Assembly (NCBI RefSeq): GCF_002310835.1
Contig: NZ_CP011041.1
Coordinates: forward strand, 3,330,001-3,362,000
From: Pseudoalteromonas tetraodonis
GTDB taxonomy: Bacteria > Pseudomonadota > Gammaproteobacteria > Enterobacterales > Alteromonadaceae
DNA: 32,000 bases
Reading direction: 5' to 3'
Shown: piece by piece, positions 24,739 to 32,000 of the stretch
How positions within the stretch are numbered: the stretch's first letter is position 1
Layout of the letters: the number at the start of each line of letters is the position of its first letter
The notes under the pieces: generated by a model
What the model saw: only the letters and a program-made list of their open reading frames with translations
Databases searched by the model: none
Told to the model about the DNA's origin: nothing
Program-made: the position numbers and the translations under genes

Positions 24739-27069
24739 ATGAAATATGTAAACAGAAATAACCAAGCAATTGAGGTATCAACTACTGAACTACATTTTGA
24801 CGAATTAAACACCTTTCCTATTGAAGTCATCACAGAAGTAATTAATTACTGGATGCCAACACTCACGGTGGCTAAGGCAATTAAATATGCTGATTGGCAA
24901 TCAGTGTTAAATTTATTTCATTACACCCAGTGTTTAGACCAAGCATTTTTTACTGAAATTCCTCCCTTTGAATTATTGGAGTGCACACCAAAAGAGTCAG
25001 TTCTTGCCCAAAACATTATTCTAAAGAAGCTTCGCCAAGTACAAGCTGTACAATTGTCTAAAGGCAATAAAGACGTGAAATCAAAATACGTTGAAGAGCC
25101 GTCACAAATTTCTAAGTTAATGTTATATCCAAACGAATTTTTGCGAGACGCGTTAACATTGCTACCAGAATGTGAGCGCGGAACGTTAGCGCCTTTTATT
25201 ATTCGAAGCGAAAACGGTGATAAATGCCCACTGTTACTACCTTTTGAAGAAGAGCCAAATTCTACAAAAGCTCAGCAAGCATTAGATAATTTAGTCGATA
25301 AATTAGAGCGTTACCTGAGAGAGCCTCATCATATTGGCTTTGAACCAGTAAATAGAAGCAACCAGGCGATCATCGAATATAAATTCTCGCAATTAGTGGG
25401 GTGTCACCCAGAACTGCTGGATGTCTGCTGCCAAGAGCAGCCTAAAAACAAACTCGCTAAAGTGTTGCTACCGCTTGAAAAGCAAATGAGAGAAGCTCTC
25501 TATGGATTTTTGTCACCTGAGTTAGCTACTGCCATTAAGGAAGAATTGCAAAAGCGAGAAAGTGAAACGTTTGAAAAATGGCAACAGCGCTTTAAAAATA
25601 AAACTAAAAACGAAATTAAGACATTCTTAGATAGAACAAGTGAACACGCATTTTTAGTCGCGTATAAGCCTTTATGTTTGTTAGAAAAAATCGTACAGAA
25701 AAAATCAGAGAGCCCTGAGCCTACCGCTGAAGCAATTGAAGTTATTGAACAACCGCCATATTGCTTTGAACAATTGGAAAACCGTTCGCAAGATTGCATT
25801 CGATATATGGTGCGCAACTCAACACCCAGTGAACTTTTAACCGCATTTTACTACAGTAAAGACATGCTCACTCTTGAACCGCTATTTGATGTATTTCCGT
25901 CGATGAAGCGTCGCTTTGAAGTTGAATATGCCGACTTCGAGCAACCCACAGTGGAGCAATCTTTAAGTGCACAACTCCAGCTAGGCACTTTATTAGACTC
26001 TTTTAGTGTATCTGGTACTTATGGACAGGATTCAGTAAATAAGGCCGATGAAAATGTAGAAGCCCCAACATTCATTGAAGAACAAGAATCAGAGCTACAA
26101 ACCATTGCTATCTTCGATAAAAATGAACTGGAAGAAACTGCAACCCTTAGAGAACTGACAGGGGAATACGGCGCAGAATTAGCAAATGAGGTTCTGAAAA
26201 AAGGCCCAGAAAAAAAAATTGTTTTAGCCACTGAATCAATGCTTGATGAGCTTGATTTAATGAAAGAGCAGTTTCCAAATTTCGAAGAGGTAATTGAAGA
26301 GCTTTATATTTGTTTAAAAGTGTCATTGTTAAACGCATCGCCGATTGAATTTCCGGTTATCAATTTACAATCGGTGCCTGGCTGCGGAAAAACCGAGTTT
26401 GTCAGAACACTTGCTAAAAGACTGAAATTAGAATTCTTTGATCTCAGTATCGCGACATGTCATTCAAAGGCTGATTTGATTGGCGGCTCCAGCCAGTTCA
26501 AGTCAAGTACAATGGGCGCAGTAGGAAAGGGAGTACTGCTAAAAACAGACACCTTTAATCCGATTATGTTCTTAGATGAGCTCTGTCTGGCAAAATCGGA
26601 TGGCGAGTGGGCGATTACACCAAGTTTATTGTCGTTGTTCGATATTGAGCAAAGAAAAAACGTTAAAGAACAGTTCTTAGATTTAAACTTTGATTGTTCA
26701 GGTGTGTTGTTTTTTACCACCACCAATAATTATGAGAATTTACTGCCAGCCCTGAAGAGTCGCTTAACCAATTTCGATATTCAGCCACCGTCCAAGGCTG
26801 ACATGAAAAAGATTTGTCAGAACATTTACCAAAGTTATCTGAAAGAAAAAAAGTTTCATCACCATTTTGAACAACAGCTCAGTTTTGACGTGACTGAGTC
26901 ACTAAGCTTGCTAACCCCGCGTGAAGCAAAAAATACATTAATTTCAGCAATCAGGAAGGCTTTTGTTCGTAGCGCAGATTGCAGTGAATTAGCGCAGGTA
27001 ACCTTGCAAGATATTGCCATTCGCAAAGGCAGTGTTTGCGAGCCACAGTCGGTTGGTTTTATTCATTAA
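24739..27069 (+). CDS. Lon-type AAA+ ATPase without a protease domain, with a ~530-aa uncharacterised N-terminal region
   Basis: I prefer the ATG at 24739 (MKYVNRNNQ...; GAGGAG lies 8 nt upstream) to the track start at 24700. Walker A is VPGCGKTE (nt 26377-26397), Walker B is IMFLDE and sensor-1 is FFTTTN. The block ITPSLLSLFDIEQRKNVKEQFLDLNFDCSGVLFFTTTNNYENLLPALKSRLTNFDIQPPSKADMK parallels the Lon AAA+ module (DPASALLEVLDPEQN..F.DHYL.V..DLS.V.F..T.N....P.PLLDRME.I.L.GY...EK). The protein ends right after the AAA+ lid. Confidence 0.8.
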   Translation: MKYVNRNNQAIEVSTTELHFDELNTFPIEVITEVINYWMPTLTVAKAIKYADWQSVLNLFHYTQCLDQAFFTEIPPFELLECTPKESVLAQNIILKKLRQVQAVQLSKGNKDVKSKYVEEPSQISKLMLYPNEFLRDALTLLPECERGTLAPFIIRSENGDKCPLLLPFEEEPNSTKAQQALDNLVDKLERYLREPHHIGFEPVNRSNQAIIEYKFSQLVGCHPELLDVCCQEQPKNKLAKVLLPLEKQMREALYGFLSPELATAIKEELQKRESETFEKWQQRFKNKTKNEIKTFLDRTSEHAFLVAYKPLCLLEKIVQKKSESPEPTAEAIEVIEQPPYCFEQLENRSQDCIRYMVRNSTPSELLTAFYYSKDMLTLEPLFDVFPSMKRRFEVEYADFEQPTVEQSLSAQLQLGTLLDSFSVSGTYGQDSVNKADENVEAPTFIEEQESELQTIAIFDKNELEETATLRELTGEYGAELANEVLKKGPEKKIVLATESMLDELDLMKEQFPNFEEVIEELYICLKVSLLNASPIEFPVINLQSVPGCGKTEFVRTLAKRLKLEFFDLSIATCHSKADLIGGSSQFKSSTMGAVGKGVLLKTDTFNPIMFLDELCLAKSDGEWAITPSLLSLFDIEQRKNVKEQFLDLNFDCSGVLFFTTTNNYENLLPALKSRLTNFDIQPPSKADMKKICQNIYQSYLKEKKFHHHFEQQLSFDVTESLSLLTPREAKNTLISAIRKAFVRSADCSELAQVTLQDIAIRKGSVCEPQSVGFIH

Positions 27070-27078
27070 GGAGAGACT

Positions 27079-27618
27079 ATGAAATTATTTGATCCGTCTT
27101 TACGTATTAATCTTAATCGCCAGAACTTTGAACTTGATGAATTTATCATGATTGACGTAGAGGCCTCTGGTTTGCGGCATTCGTCATACCCAGTGGAGGT
27201 CGCATTTGCGTCCTCTACTGCTGCACAGGCTAATTTTCTCATTAAACCTACCTCTGAGTGGTTAGAAAAAGGCGAGTGGGATAAAAATGCTGAGAAGCTA
27301 CATGGTTTATCGCAACAGCAATTGCTACAACATGGTGACAATATTGTTAATGTCGCCCAGCAATTAAACAAATACCTGTGTGGGAAATTAGTGCTGTGTA
27401 ATGATCTAACCTATGACGGGGCTTGGCTTTCCCAACTTTTTAAAGCAGCAAACACCTCAGTTACCTTTCATCTAATGGACTTAAGTGCCCTGTTCGATTT
27501 TTGGGGCGAACAAAAGACAAAGGTATTCAAAGAGGAATATGGCAAGACGCTTAATACCAATGAACACCGCGCGCTTCCTGATGCCAAACGTTTTGTTGAA
27601 ACCTACCAGGCATTGTAA
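27079..27618 (+). CDS. DEDDh (DnaQ/RNase T-like) 3'-5' exonuclease
   Basis: 179 aa. The start is 9 nt after the ATPase stop and is preceded by AAGGAGAG. Exo I is MIDVEASG, Exo II is CNDLTYDGAWL and Exo III is HRALPDAK (H-x4-D). Confidence 0.8.
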   Translation: MKLFDPSLRINLNRQNFELDEFIMIDVEASGLRHSSYPVEVAFASSTAAQANFLIKPTSEWLEKGEWDKNAEKLHGLSQQQLLQHGDNIVNVAQQLNKYLCGKLVLCNDLTYDGAWLSQLFKAANTSVTFHLMDLSALFDFWGEQKTKVFKEEYGKTLNTNEHRALPDAKRFVETYQAL

Positions 27619-27707
27619 AAAAACGAAGACTACTTTCAAGTCTTACAACTCAAGCGGAACAACCACCTTGTAAGCTTTAAAACATAAAGATTGCGCGAGA
27701 GGTTGGT

Positions 27708-28232
27708 ATGCAGAGATTAGATAAAACATATTACGAAAAGCTAAATCGTAAGGTTAAAAAGTATGGTTATACCGTTATGAGTGTTGTCTCTGACGAGCCT
27801 AGAAATGAAGACCATGCCGCATATTGTTACACCATTGGTTTATCAAATTATGGCTTTGCGGAGATCATGTTTGCTGACTGTTTTTATGACGATGTGATCG
27901 TGGCGGCAGACATGATTTTTGAATGTGTTAAAAATGGTCATAGACCGAACATTGGACAAATCATTCTCACTGAAAATGGACGCTTTAAACTGACGTCACT
28001 TTTACCTGGAATCAAAGAGGAAATTAGCGAACAGGCGTTGTTTTATTTTGAATTGTTCAGAAAAAGAGAAACAAATTATGACTTGGTTTATTTAGCGAAA
28101 GAGGATGAATGGGGGCTATTTCCTGACGAAAAAGTGTTTGCAAAATCTAAACACATTAACCAGCGATTTTTTGAACAGAGCGTAAATACAACTAAGCCTC
28201 TTGTTTTGGCTCTGCCCGAAGTTACCAATTAA
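27708..28232 (+). CDS. Hypothetical protein, DUF4262-like
   Basis: 174 aa. KKYGYTVMSVVSDEPRNEDHAAYCYTIGLSNYGFAEIMFADCF resembles the DUF4262 pattern (GW.v..V....... f.YTiGL....PEl.v.Gl). This is recalled from memory and was not searched. Confidence 0.45.
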   Translation: MQRLDKTYYEKLNRKVKKYGYTVMSVVSDEPRNEDHAAYCYTIGLSNYGFAEIMFADCFYDDVIVAADMIFECVKNGHRPNIGQIILTENGRFKLTSLLPGIKEEISEQALFYFELFRKRETNYDLVYLAKEDEWGLFPDEKVFAKSKHINQRFFEQSVNTTKPLVLALPEVTN

Positions 28233-28271
28233 CTTTGTCGCGAATCATATACTACATAGGAGAAATGTAAC

Positions 28272-28844
28272 TTGGATTTAAATAGTTTAAAAAAAAACTA
28301 CTTAGTTTTGGACTTGGAAGCGACCTGCTGTGACGATGATTCGTTCCCTACATCTGAAATGGAAATGATTGAAATCGGTGCACTTATGGTTTGCGGAGAG
28401 TCCTTGAAACCAGTGGGTGAATTCAATATTTTCATCAAACCGGTAAGGCACCCGCAACTGACGGAATTTTGTACCAAGCTTACAACCATTCACCAATCAG
28501 ATCTTGATGGAGCTCCTACATATAAAGAAGCAATTGCAAAGTTTAAAGCTTGGATGCTTCAGTTTGATAACTTCTTATGGGGAAGTTGGGGGCAATATGA
28601 CCAAAACCAAATTTGGCAGGATTGTAATTATCACAATGAGCCATATCCGATCCCAGCCCCACACTTAAATCTGAAAAAACAATTCAGTAAAGCGCAGAAA
28701 GTGAGAAAGCACCAAGGAATGGCCGGTGCCCTGCAACTCGCTGGCATTCCTTTGGAAGGCAGGCACCATAGGGGGATCGACGATGCTAGAAACATCGCAC
28801 GGTTATTACCTTTTGTCTTAGGTCGTAAATTTATTTCACAATAA
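28272..28844 (+). CDS. ERI-1/KapD-like DEDDh 3'-5' exonuclease
   Basis: 190 aa, with a TTG start 8 nt after AGGAGA. Exo I is LVLDLEATC...EMIEIGA, Exo II is WGSWGQYD and Exo III is HRGIDDARNIARL. Confidence 0.8.
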   Translation: MDLNSLKKNYLVLDLEATCCDDDSFPTSEMEMIEIGALMVCGESLKPVGEFNIFIKPVRHPQLTEFCTKLTTIHQSDLDGAPTYKEAIAKFKAWMLQFDNFLWGSWGQYDQNQIWQDCNYHNEPYPIPAPHLNLKKQFSKAQKVRKHQGMAGALQLAGIPLEGRHHRGIDDARNIARLLPFVLGRKFISQ

Positions 28845-28866
28845 AATTAATAAGGAAAAATATAAT

Positions 28867-29073
28867 ATGAAAACAGAAGAACTCATAGCAATTAACATCC
28901 CTAAAAGCCTGCTCACTAAACTACATTGGGCTTTAGCTTCGGGAACAGACACCAATAGAGTATACTTTGTCCTTCAGTTATACGTTGAGAAGGCCGAGCT
29001 AGAAGAGGGCGTAACATACCCGACAGATCGAGAGCCTGGGCATGACTTTGACGGATTTACCCTTAAAGTTTAA
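28867..29073 (+). CDS. Hypothetical protein (68 aa)
   Basis: ORF 22 nt after the exonuclease gene with an AAGGAAAAA-type SD region. It is followed by a terminator. No motif recognised. Confidence 0.4.
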   Translation: MKTEELIAINIPKSLLTKLHWALASGTDTNRVYFVLQLYVEKAELEEGVTYPTDREPGHDFDGFTLKV

Positions 29074-29112
29074 TCGGCTGTATTGTTCAATGTAATAAAC
29101 ATATGTCTAAAT

Positions 29113-29145
29113 AAAAACGGCCACACATTGTGACCGTTTTTGTTT
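29113..29145 (+). terminator. Rho-independent terminator closing the cargo operon(s)
   Basis: AAAAACGGCCACA-cat-TGTGACCGTTTTTGTTT. The stem is 9 bp with one mismatch and is followed by a T-run. Confidence 0.6.
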
Positions 29146-29238
29146 CGTACTTTGTACCAGTAGCGAACTTATAAGTTTCTGACTTTAATATTAGTTGCGC
29201 ACATTAAACACTGTTTCGAACATTATTTAACGTGCACA
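29141..29238 (-). repeat. glmS-proximal transposon end with four closely packed TnsB-type repeats
   Basis: Reading inward from 29238: TGTGCACG ttaaataatgttcgaaacag, tgtttaatgtgcgcaactaa, aacttataagttcgctactg, gtacaaagtacgaaacaaaa. The core is the same as at the other end, but the four sites are packed into ~100 bp, a density like Tn7-R. Confidence 0.75.
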
Positions 29239-29243
29239 AAAAC
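29239..29243. repeat. 5-bp target-site duplication (AAAAC), glmS-proximal copy
   Basis: AAAAC lies immediately outside the ...CGTGCACA terminus and is identical to 4068-4072. Confidence 0.85.
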
Positions 29244-29259
29244 CTATAACCTGTTGATT

Positions 29260-31080
29260 TTACTCAACTGTAACCGATTTTGCTAAGTTACGTGGCTGGT
29301 CAACGTCAGTGCCTTTAATGACCGCTACATAGTACGACAGCAACTGTAGTGGAATTGTATATACAACAGGGGCAATTACGTCATCTACGTGGTTTACGTT
29401 GATTACACGCATTGTGTCGTCTGACTCAAAGTGTGAGTCTTTATCAGCGAATACATAGATGATGCCACCACGTGCACGTACTTCTTCTACGTTTGATTTA
29501 AGCTTTTCAAGCAATTCATTGTTTGGTGCTACAACAATAATTGGCATGTCTGCATCAATAAGTGCTAATGGACCGTGTTTAAGCTCACCTGCTGCATAGG
29601 CTTCAGCGTGGATGTATGAAATCTCTTTAAGCTTAAGCGCGCCTTCCATTGCGATTGGGTATTGTGAACCGCGACCTAAAAACAGTGAGTGGTGCTTATC
29701 AGCAAACTCTTCTGCAAGGTCTGCAATACCATCAGCCAACAATAGCGTTTCCTCTAATTTAGCTGGTAGCAGTTTAATAGCGTTAACAATCGTGCTTTGA
29801 TCTAAGCCTTTTTCCTGCGCAATAGACGCAGTAAGCATTAACAAACCAACAAGCTGCGTAGTAAATGCTTTAGTAGAGGCTACACCAATTTCAGCACCAG
29901 CTTTGGTCATAAAGGCAAGGTCTGATTCTCGTACAAGCGATGAGCCTGGTACGTTACAAATAGTCATTGACCCCATATAGCCTTGCTCTTTAGCTAAACG
30001 CAGTGCAGCTAAAGTATCAGCCGTTTCACCTGACTGTGAAATCGTTACTAGCAGGCTATTTTCGTGTACAAACGATTGACGGTAACGGAACTCAGAGGCA
30101 ATTTCTACGTTACAGCTAACACCTGCAAATTGCTCAAGCCAGTAACGAGCAACCATACCTGAGTGATATGACGTTCCACAGGCAATAATTTGTACGTGTT
30201 TTACGTCTTTAAATATTTGCTGTGCACTGTCGCCAAAGGCATCAATCGCTACGCGATCGTCGTTTAAACGTCCTTCAAGGGTGTTACGTACTGCAAGTGG
30301 CTGCTCATAAATTTCTTTTAGCATGTAGTGACGGTAATCACCTTTACCTGATGCATCTTGTGTGATGTTTGATTCAACAACTTCACGCTCAACCGCGTTG
30401 CCATCTGCATCAAAAATCTCTACCGTGTCGCGAGTAATACGCGCTACATCACCTTCTTCTAAGAAGATAAAGCTGCGAGTTACCGGTAATAATGCAAGCT
30501 GATCAGAAGCAATAAAGTTTTCACCAAGGCCTAAACCAATAACTAACGGGCTGCCTGAGCGCGCTACAATAATTTCGTTATCATTCGCTTTATCAAACAC
30601 AACGGTACCAAATGCGCCTTCAAACTGTTTAACAGCTGCTTGAACTGACGCTAATAAAGTCGTGTGCTGCTGACGTAACTGATGAATTAAATGCACCATG
30701 ACTTCAGTGTCGGTGTCTGATAAAAACTCGTAACCGTCGCCTTTAAGTGCTGCACGCAAGCTTGCGTGGTTTTCAATGATTCCATTATGTACAAGCGCTA
30801 ATTGATTGCTTGAAACATGTGGGTGAGCATTGGCTTCAGTTACACCGCCATGAGTTGCCCAACGAGTGTGTGCAATACCTGTGTGACCGCTAACACCAGC
30901 TTGTTCAAGTGCTGACTCTAAGTTTACAACCTTACCTACTGCTTTAACTGTATTAAGAGTATTGCCTTCAAGTAAAGCTACACCTGCTGAGTCATAACCA
31001 CGGTACTCAAGACGCTTAAGGCCTTCAACTAAGATTTTATTTACTGGACGTTCTGCAACAGCCCCAACGATTCCACACAT
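29260..31080 (-). CDS. glmS: Glutamine--fructose-6-phosphate aminotransferase (isomerising)
   Basis: 606 aa. The N-terminal MCGIVGAV carries the Cys2 nucleophile. The protein has two SIS domains and the canonical C-terminus [13 protein letters not shown]. Confidence 0.97.
   Translation of the reverse strand: MCGIVGAVAERPVNKILVEGLKRLEYRGYDSAGVALLEGNTLNTVKAVGKVVNLESALEQAGVSGHTGIAHTRWATHGGVTEANAHPHVSSNQLALVHNGIIENHASLRAALKGDGYEFLSDTDTEVMVHLIHQLRQQHTTLLASVQAAVKQFEGAFGTVVFDKANDNEIIVARSGSPLVIGLGLGENFIASDQLALLPVTRSFIFLEEGDVARITRDTVEIFDADGNAVEREVVESNITQDASGKGDYRHYMLKEIYEQPLAVRNTLEGRLNDDRVAIDAFGDSAQQIFKDVKHVQIIACGTSYHSGMVARYWLEQFAGVSCNVEIASEFRYRQSFVHENSLLVTISQSGETADTLAALRLAKEQGYMGSMTICNVPGSSLVRESDLAFMTKAGAEIGVASTKAFTTQLVGLLMLTASIAQEKGLDQSTIVNAIKLLPAKLEETLLLADGIADLAEEFADKHHSLFLGRGSQYPIAMEGALKLKEISYIHAEAYAAGELKHGPLALIDADMPIIVVAPNNELLEKLKSNVEEVRARGGIIYVFADKDSHFESDDTMRVINVNHVDDVIAPVVYTIPLQLLSYYVAVIKGTDVDQPRNLAKSVTVE
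29264..29299 (-). other. Inferred TnsD recognition segment of attTn7 (within the glmS 3' coding end)
   Basis: This is inference by analogy. In E. coli Tn7, TnsD binds about +23 to +58 from the insertion centre, inside the conserved glmS C-terminal coding region. The same offset from the TSD centre (29241) falls on the codons for ...[13 protein letters not shown]. Confidence 0.45.
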
Positions 31081-31126
31081 AGTGTCTCCATTAATTTTTT
31101 AATTCTAGCAACTCACGATGTAGTTG

Positions 31127-31891
31127 CTATTCCATAATCTCTGCGCAAATTAGTTTTACACCACACGCCTCTATGGCTGCACGCTTATCACTTGCTAAGC
31201 CACTGTCGGTTATTAATGTGGTTACTGTTTGCCACGGTAATTCTAAATTTGGTATTTTTCGACCAATCTTTTCTGACTCAACCAGCACAATAACTTCGCG
31301 CGCCGCTTTAGCCATCACTTGGCTTAGCCCAACAAGTTCATTAAACGTGGTTGTTCCACGCGCTACATCAATGCCATCGGCACCTATAAATAGCTGATCA
31401 AAATCATATGAGCATAGAACATTTTCAGCTACTTGCCCTTGAAACGATTCTGAATGCGGATCCCACGTGCCACCTGTCATCAAAAGGGTAGGCTCGTTTT
31501 CAAGTGCTAATAAACGTGTTGCCACTTTAATTGCGTTAGTCATAACAACTAACCCCTGCTTGGTAGCCAACTCAGGGATCATCGCTGCAGTAGTGCGGCC
31601 GCTGTCAATAATAATGCGGTTATGATCTTTTATAAGCGCCGCTGCTGCCTTAGCAATTGCTACTTTGCGCTTAGAATCGATCTCATCGCTTACTATCTCT
31701 TTTGGTAGCGCAATAGCCCCACCATAACGGCGCAGCAACAAGCCACTTTTTTCAAGCGCGGTTAGGTCTTTTCGAATGGTTACTTCTGATGTTTGAAACT
31801 GTTCAGCAAGAGTCTCAACAGCCACTTCACCAAGCTCATTTACTTGGCTAAGGATCAGATGACGGCGTTGCTGGGTGTTTCGTTTGGTCAT
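31127..31891 (-). CDS. DeoR-family transcriptional regulator
   Basis: 254 aa. N-terminal DeoR HTH (RRHLILSQVNELGEVAVETLAEQFQTSEVTIRKDLTALEKSGLLLRRYGGA) and a C-terminal DeoR sugar-binding domain. It lies directly upstream of glmS on the same strand. Confidence 0.85.
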   Translation of the reverse strand: MTKRNTQQRRHLILSQVNELGEVAVETLAEQFQTSEVTIRKDLTALEKSGLLLRRYGGAIALPKEIVSDEIDSKRKVAIAKAAAALIKDHNRIIIDSGRTTAAMIPELATKQGLVVMTNAIKVATRLLALENEPTLLMTGGTWDPHSESFQGQVAENVLCSYDFDQLFIGADGIDVARGTTTFNELVGLSQVMAKAAREVIVLVESEKIGRKIPNLELPWQTVTTLITDSGLASDKRAAIEACGVKLICAEIME

Positions 31892-32000
31892 TAAGTAACT
31901 GCTATTAAGTTTCGTTTCGAAAGTTAGGGGATTTTAAACGAAACATAATAAATGGCAAGTGAATGCATAAAAAAAGCGCAGTTTTATTCAAATTATCATC

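Larger units (their letters stand above)
4073..29238 (-). mobile_element. Tn7-like transposon (tnsABCD plus ~19 kb cargo) inserted in attTn7 downstream of glmS
   Basis: The termini are 5'-TGTGCACGTTAAATAATGTTCGAAAC-3' at 4073-4098 and its exact reverse complement ending at 29238 (26 nt perfect, 27/28). A 5-bp TSD flanks the element and tnsA/B/C/D lie inside it. The element end is 21 nt from the glmS stop codon. Confidence 0.9.

Noticed and set aside
4073-29238. Search for a CRISPR array, cas or tniQ-cas genes, tnsE, a second tniQ, or a tyrosine/serine integrase inside the element
   Set aside because: I saw no regularly spaced direct repeats in any intergenic region. No ORF carries Cas6/Cas7/Cas8, TnsE or integrase motifs. 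The element appears to rely on TnsD alone.

Overview
This window looks like chromosomal DNA from an AT-rich marine-type gammaproteobacterium. The gene content is Alteromonadales/Pseudoalteromonas-like, but that is inference only. The dominant feature is a complete 25,166-bp Tn7-like transposon (4073-29238). Its terminus lies 21 nt downstream of the glmS stop codon (glmS 29260-31080, minus strand), and a DeoR-family regulator sits upstream at 31127-31891. The element has TGT...ACA termini whose inverted repeat matches at 27 of 28 nt. It also has sub-terminal arrays of TnsB-type repeats and a perfect 5-bp target-site duplication (AAAAC). The architecture is unusual. tnsA-tnsB-tnsC-tnsD (10104 down to 4242, minus strand) abut the glmS-distal end and read outward. 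About 19 kb of cargo lies between tnsA and the glmS-proximal end, nearly all of it on the plus strand. I saw no tnsE, cas genes or CRISPR array.

Cargo, in order:
- an orphan HigA/XRE-like HTH gene;
- a Retron-Eco2 (Ec67)-type retron: a predicted msr/msd ncRNA plus a 586-aa RT-Toprim fusion;
- a lipoprotein HExxH peptidase;
- a metallophosphoesterase coupled to a 95-aa release-factor-like protein that lacks GGQ;
- a PD-(D/E)xK-like protein;
- a lambda/PPP-type Ser/Thr phosphatase coupled to a 1562-aa protein with a central Hanks-type kinase domain;
- a membrane-anchored protein and a DsbC-like oxidoreductase;
- a protease-less Lon-type AAA+ ATPase coupled to a DEDDh exonuclease;
- a DUF4262-like protein, an ERI-1/KapD-like exonuclease and a small ORF.

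The retron is a known defence type. The best candidates for undescribed conflict or defence modules are the phosphatase plus giant kinase pair, the Lon-AAA+ plus exonuclease set, and the metallophosphoesterase plus GGQ-less RF-domain pair.

Outside the element I see a secreted esterase, a decayed second copy of the glmS 3' end (relic attachment site), and the N-terminus of a DEAD-box helicase. There is also a glycine-zipper toxin-like gene followed by two tandem mosaic immunity-like paralogs.

All functional calls rest on motifs read from the translations. No database search was possible.
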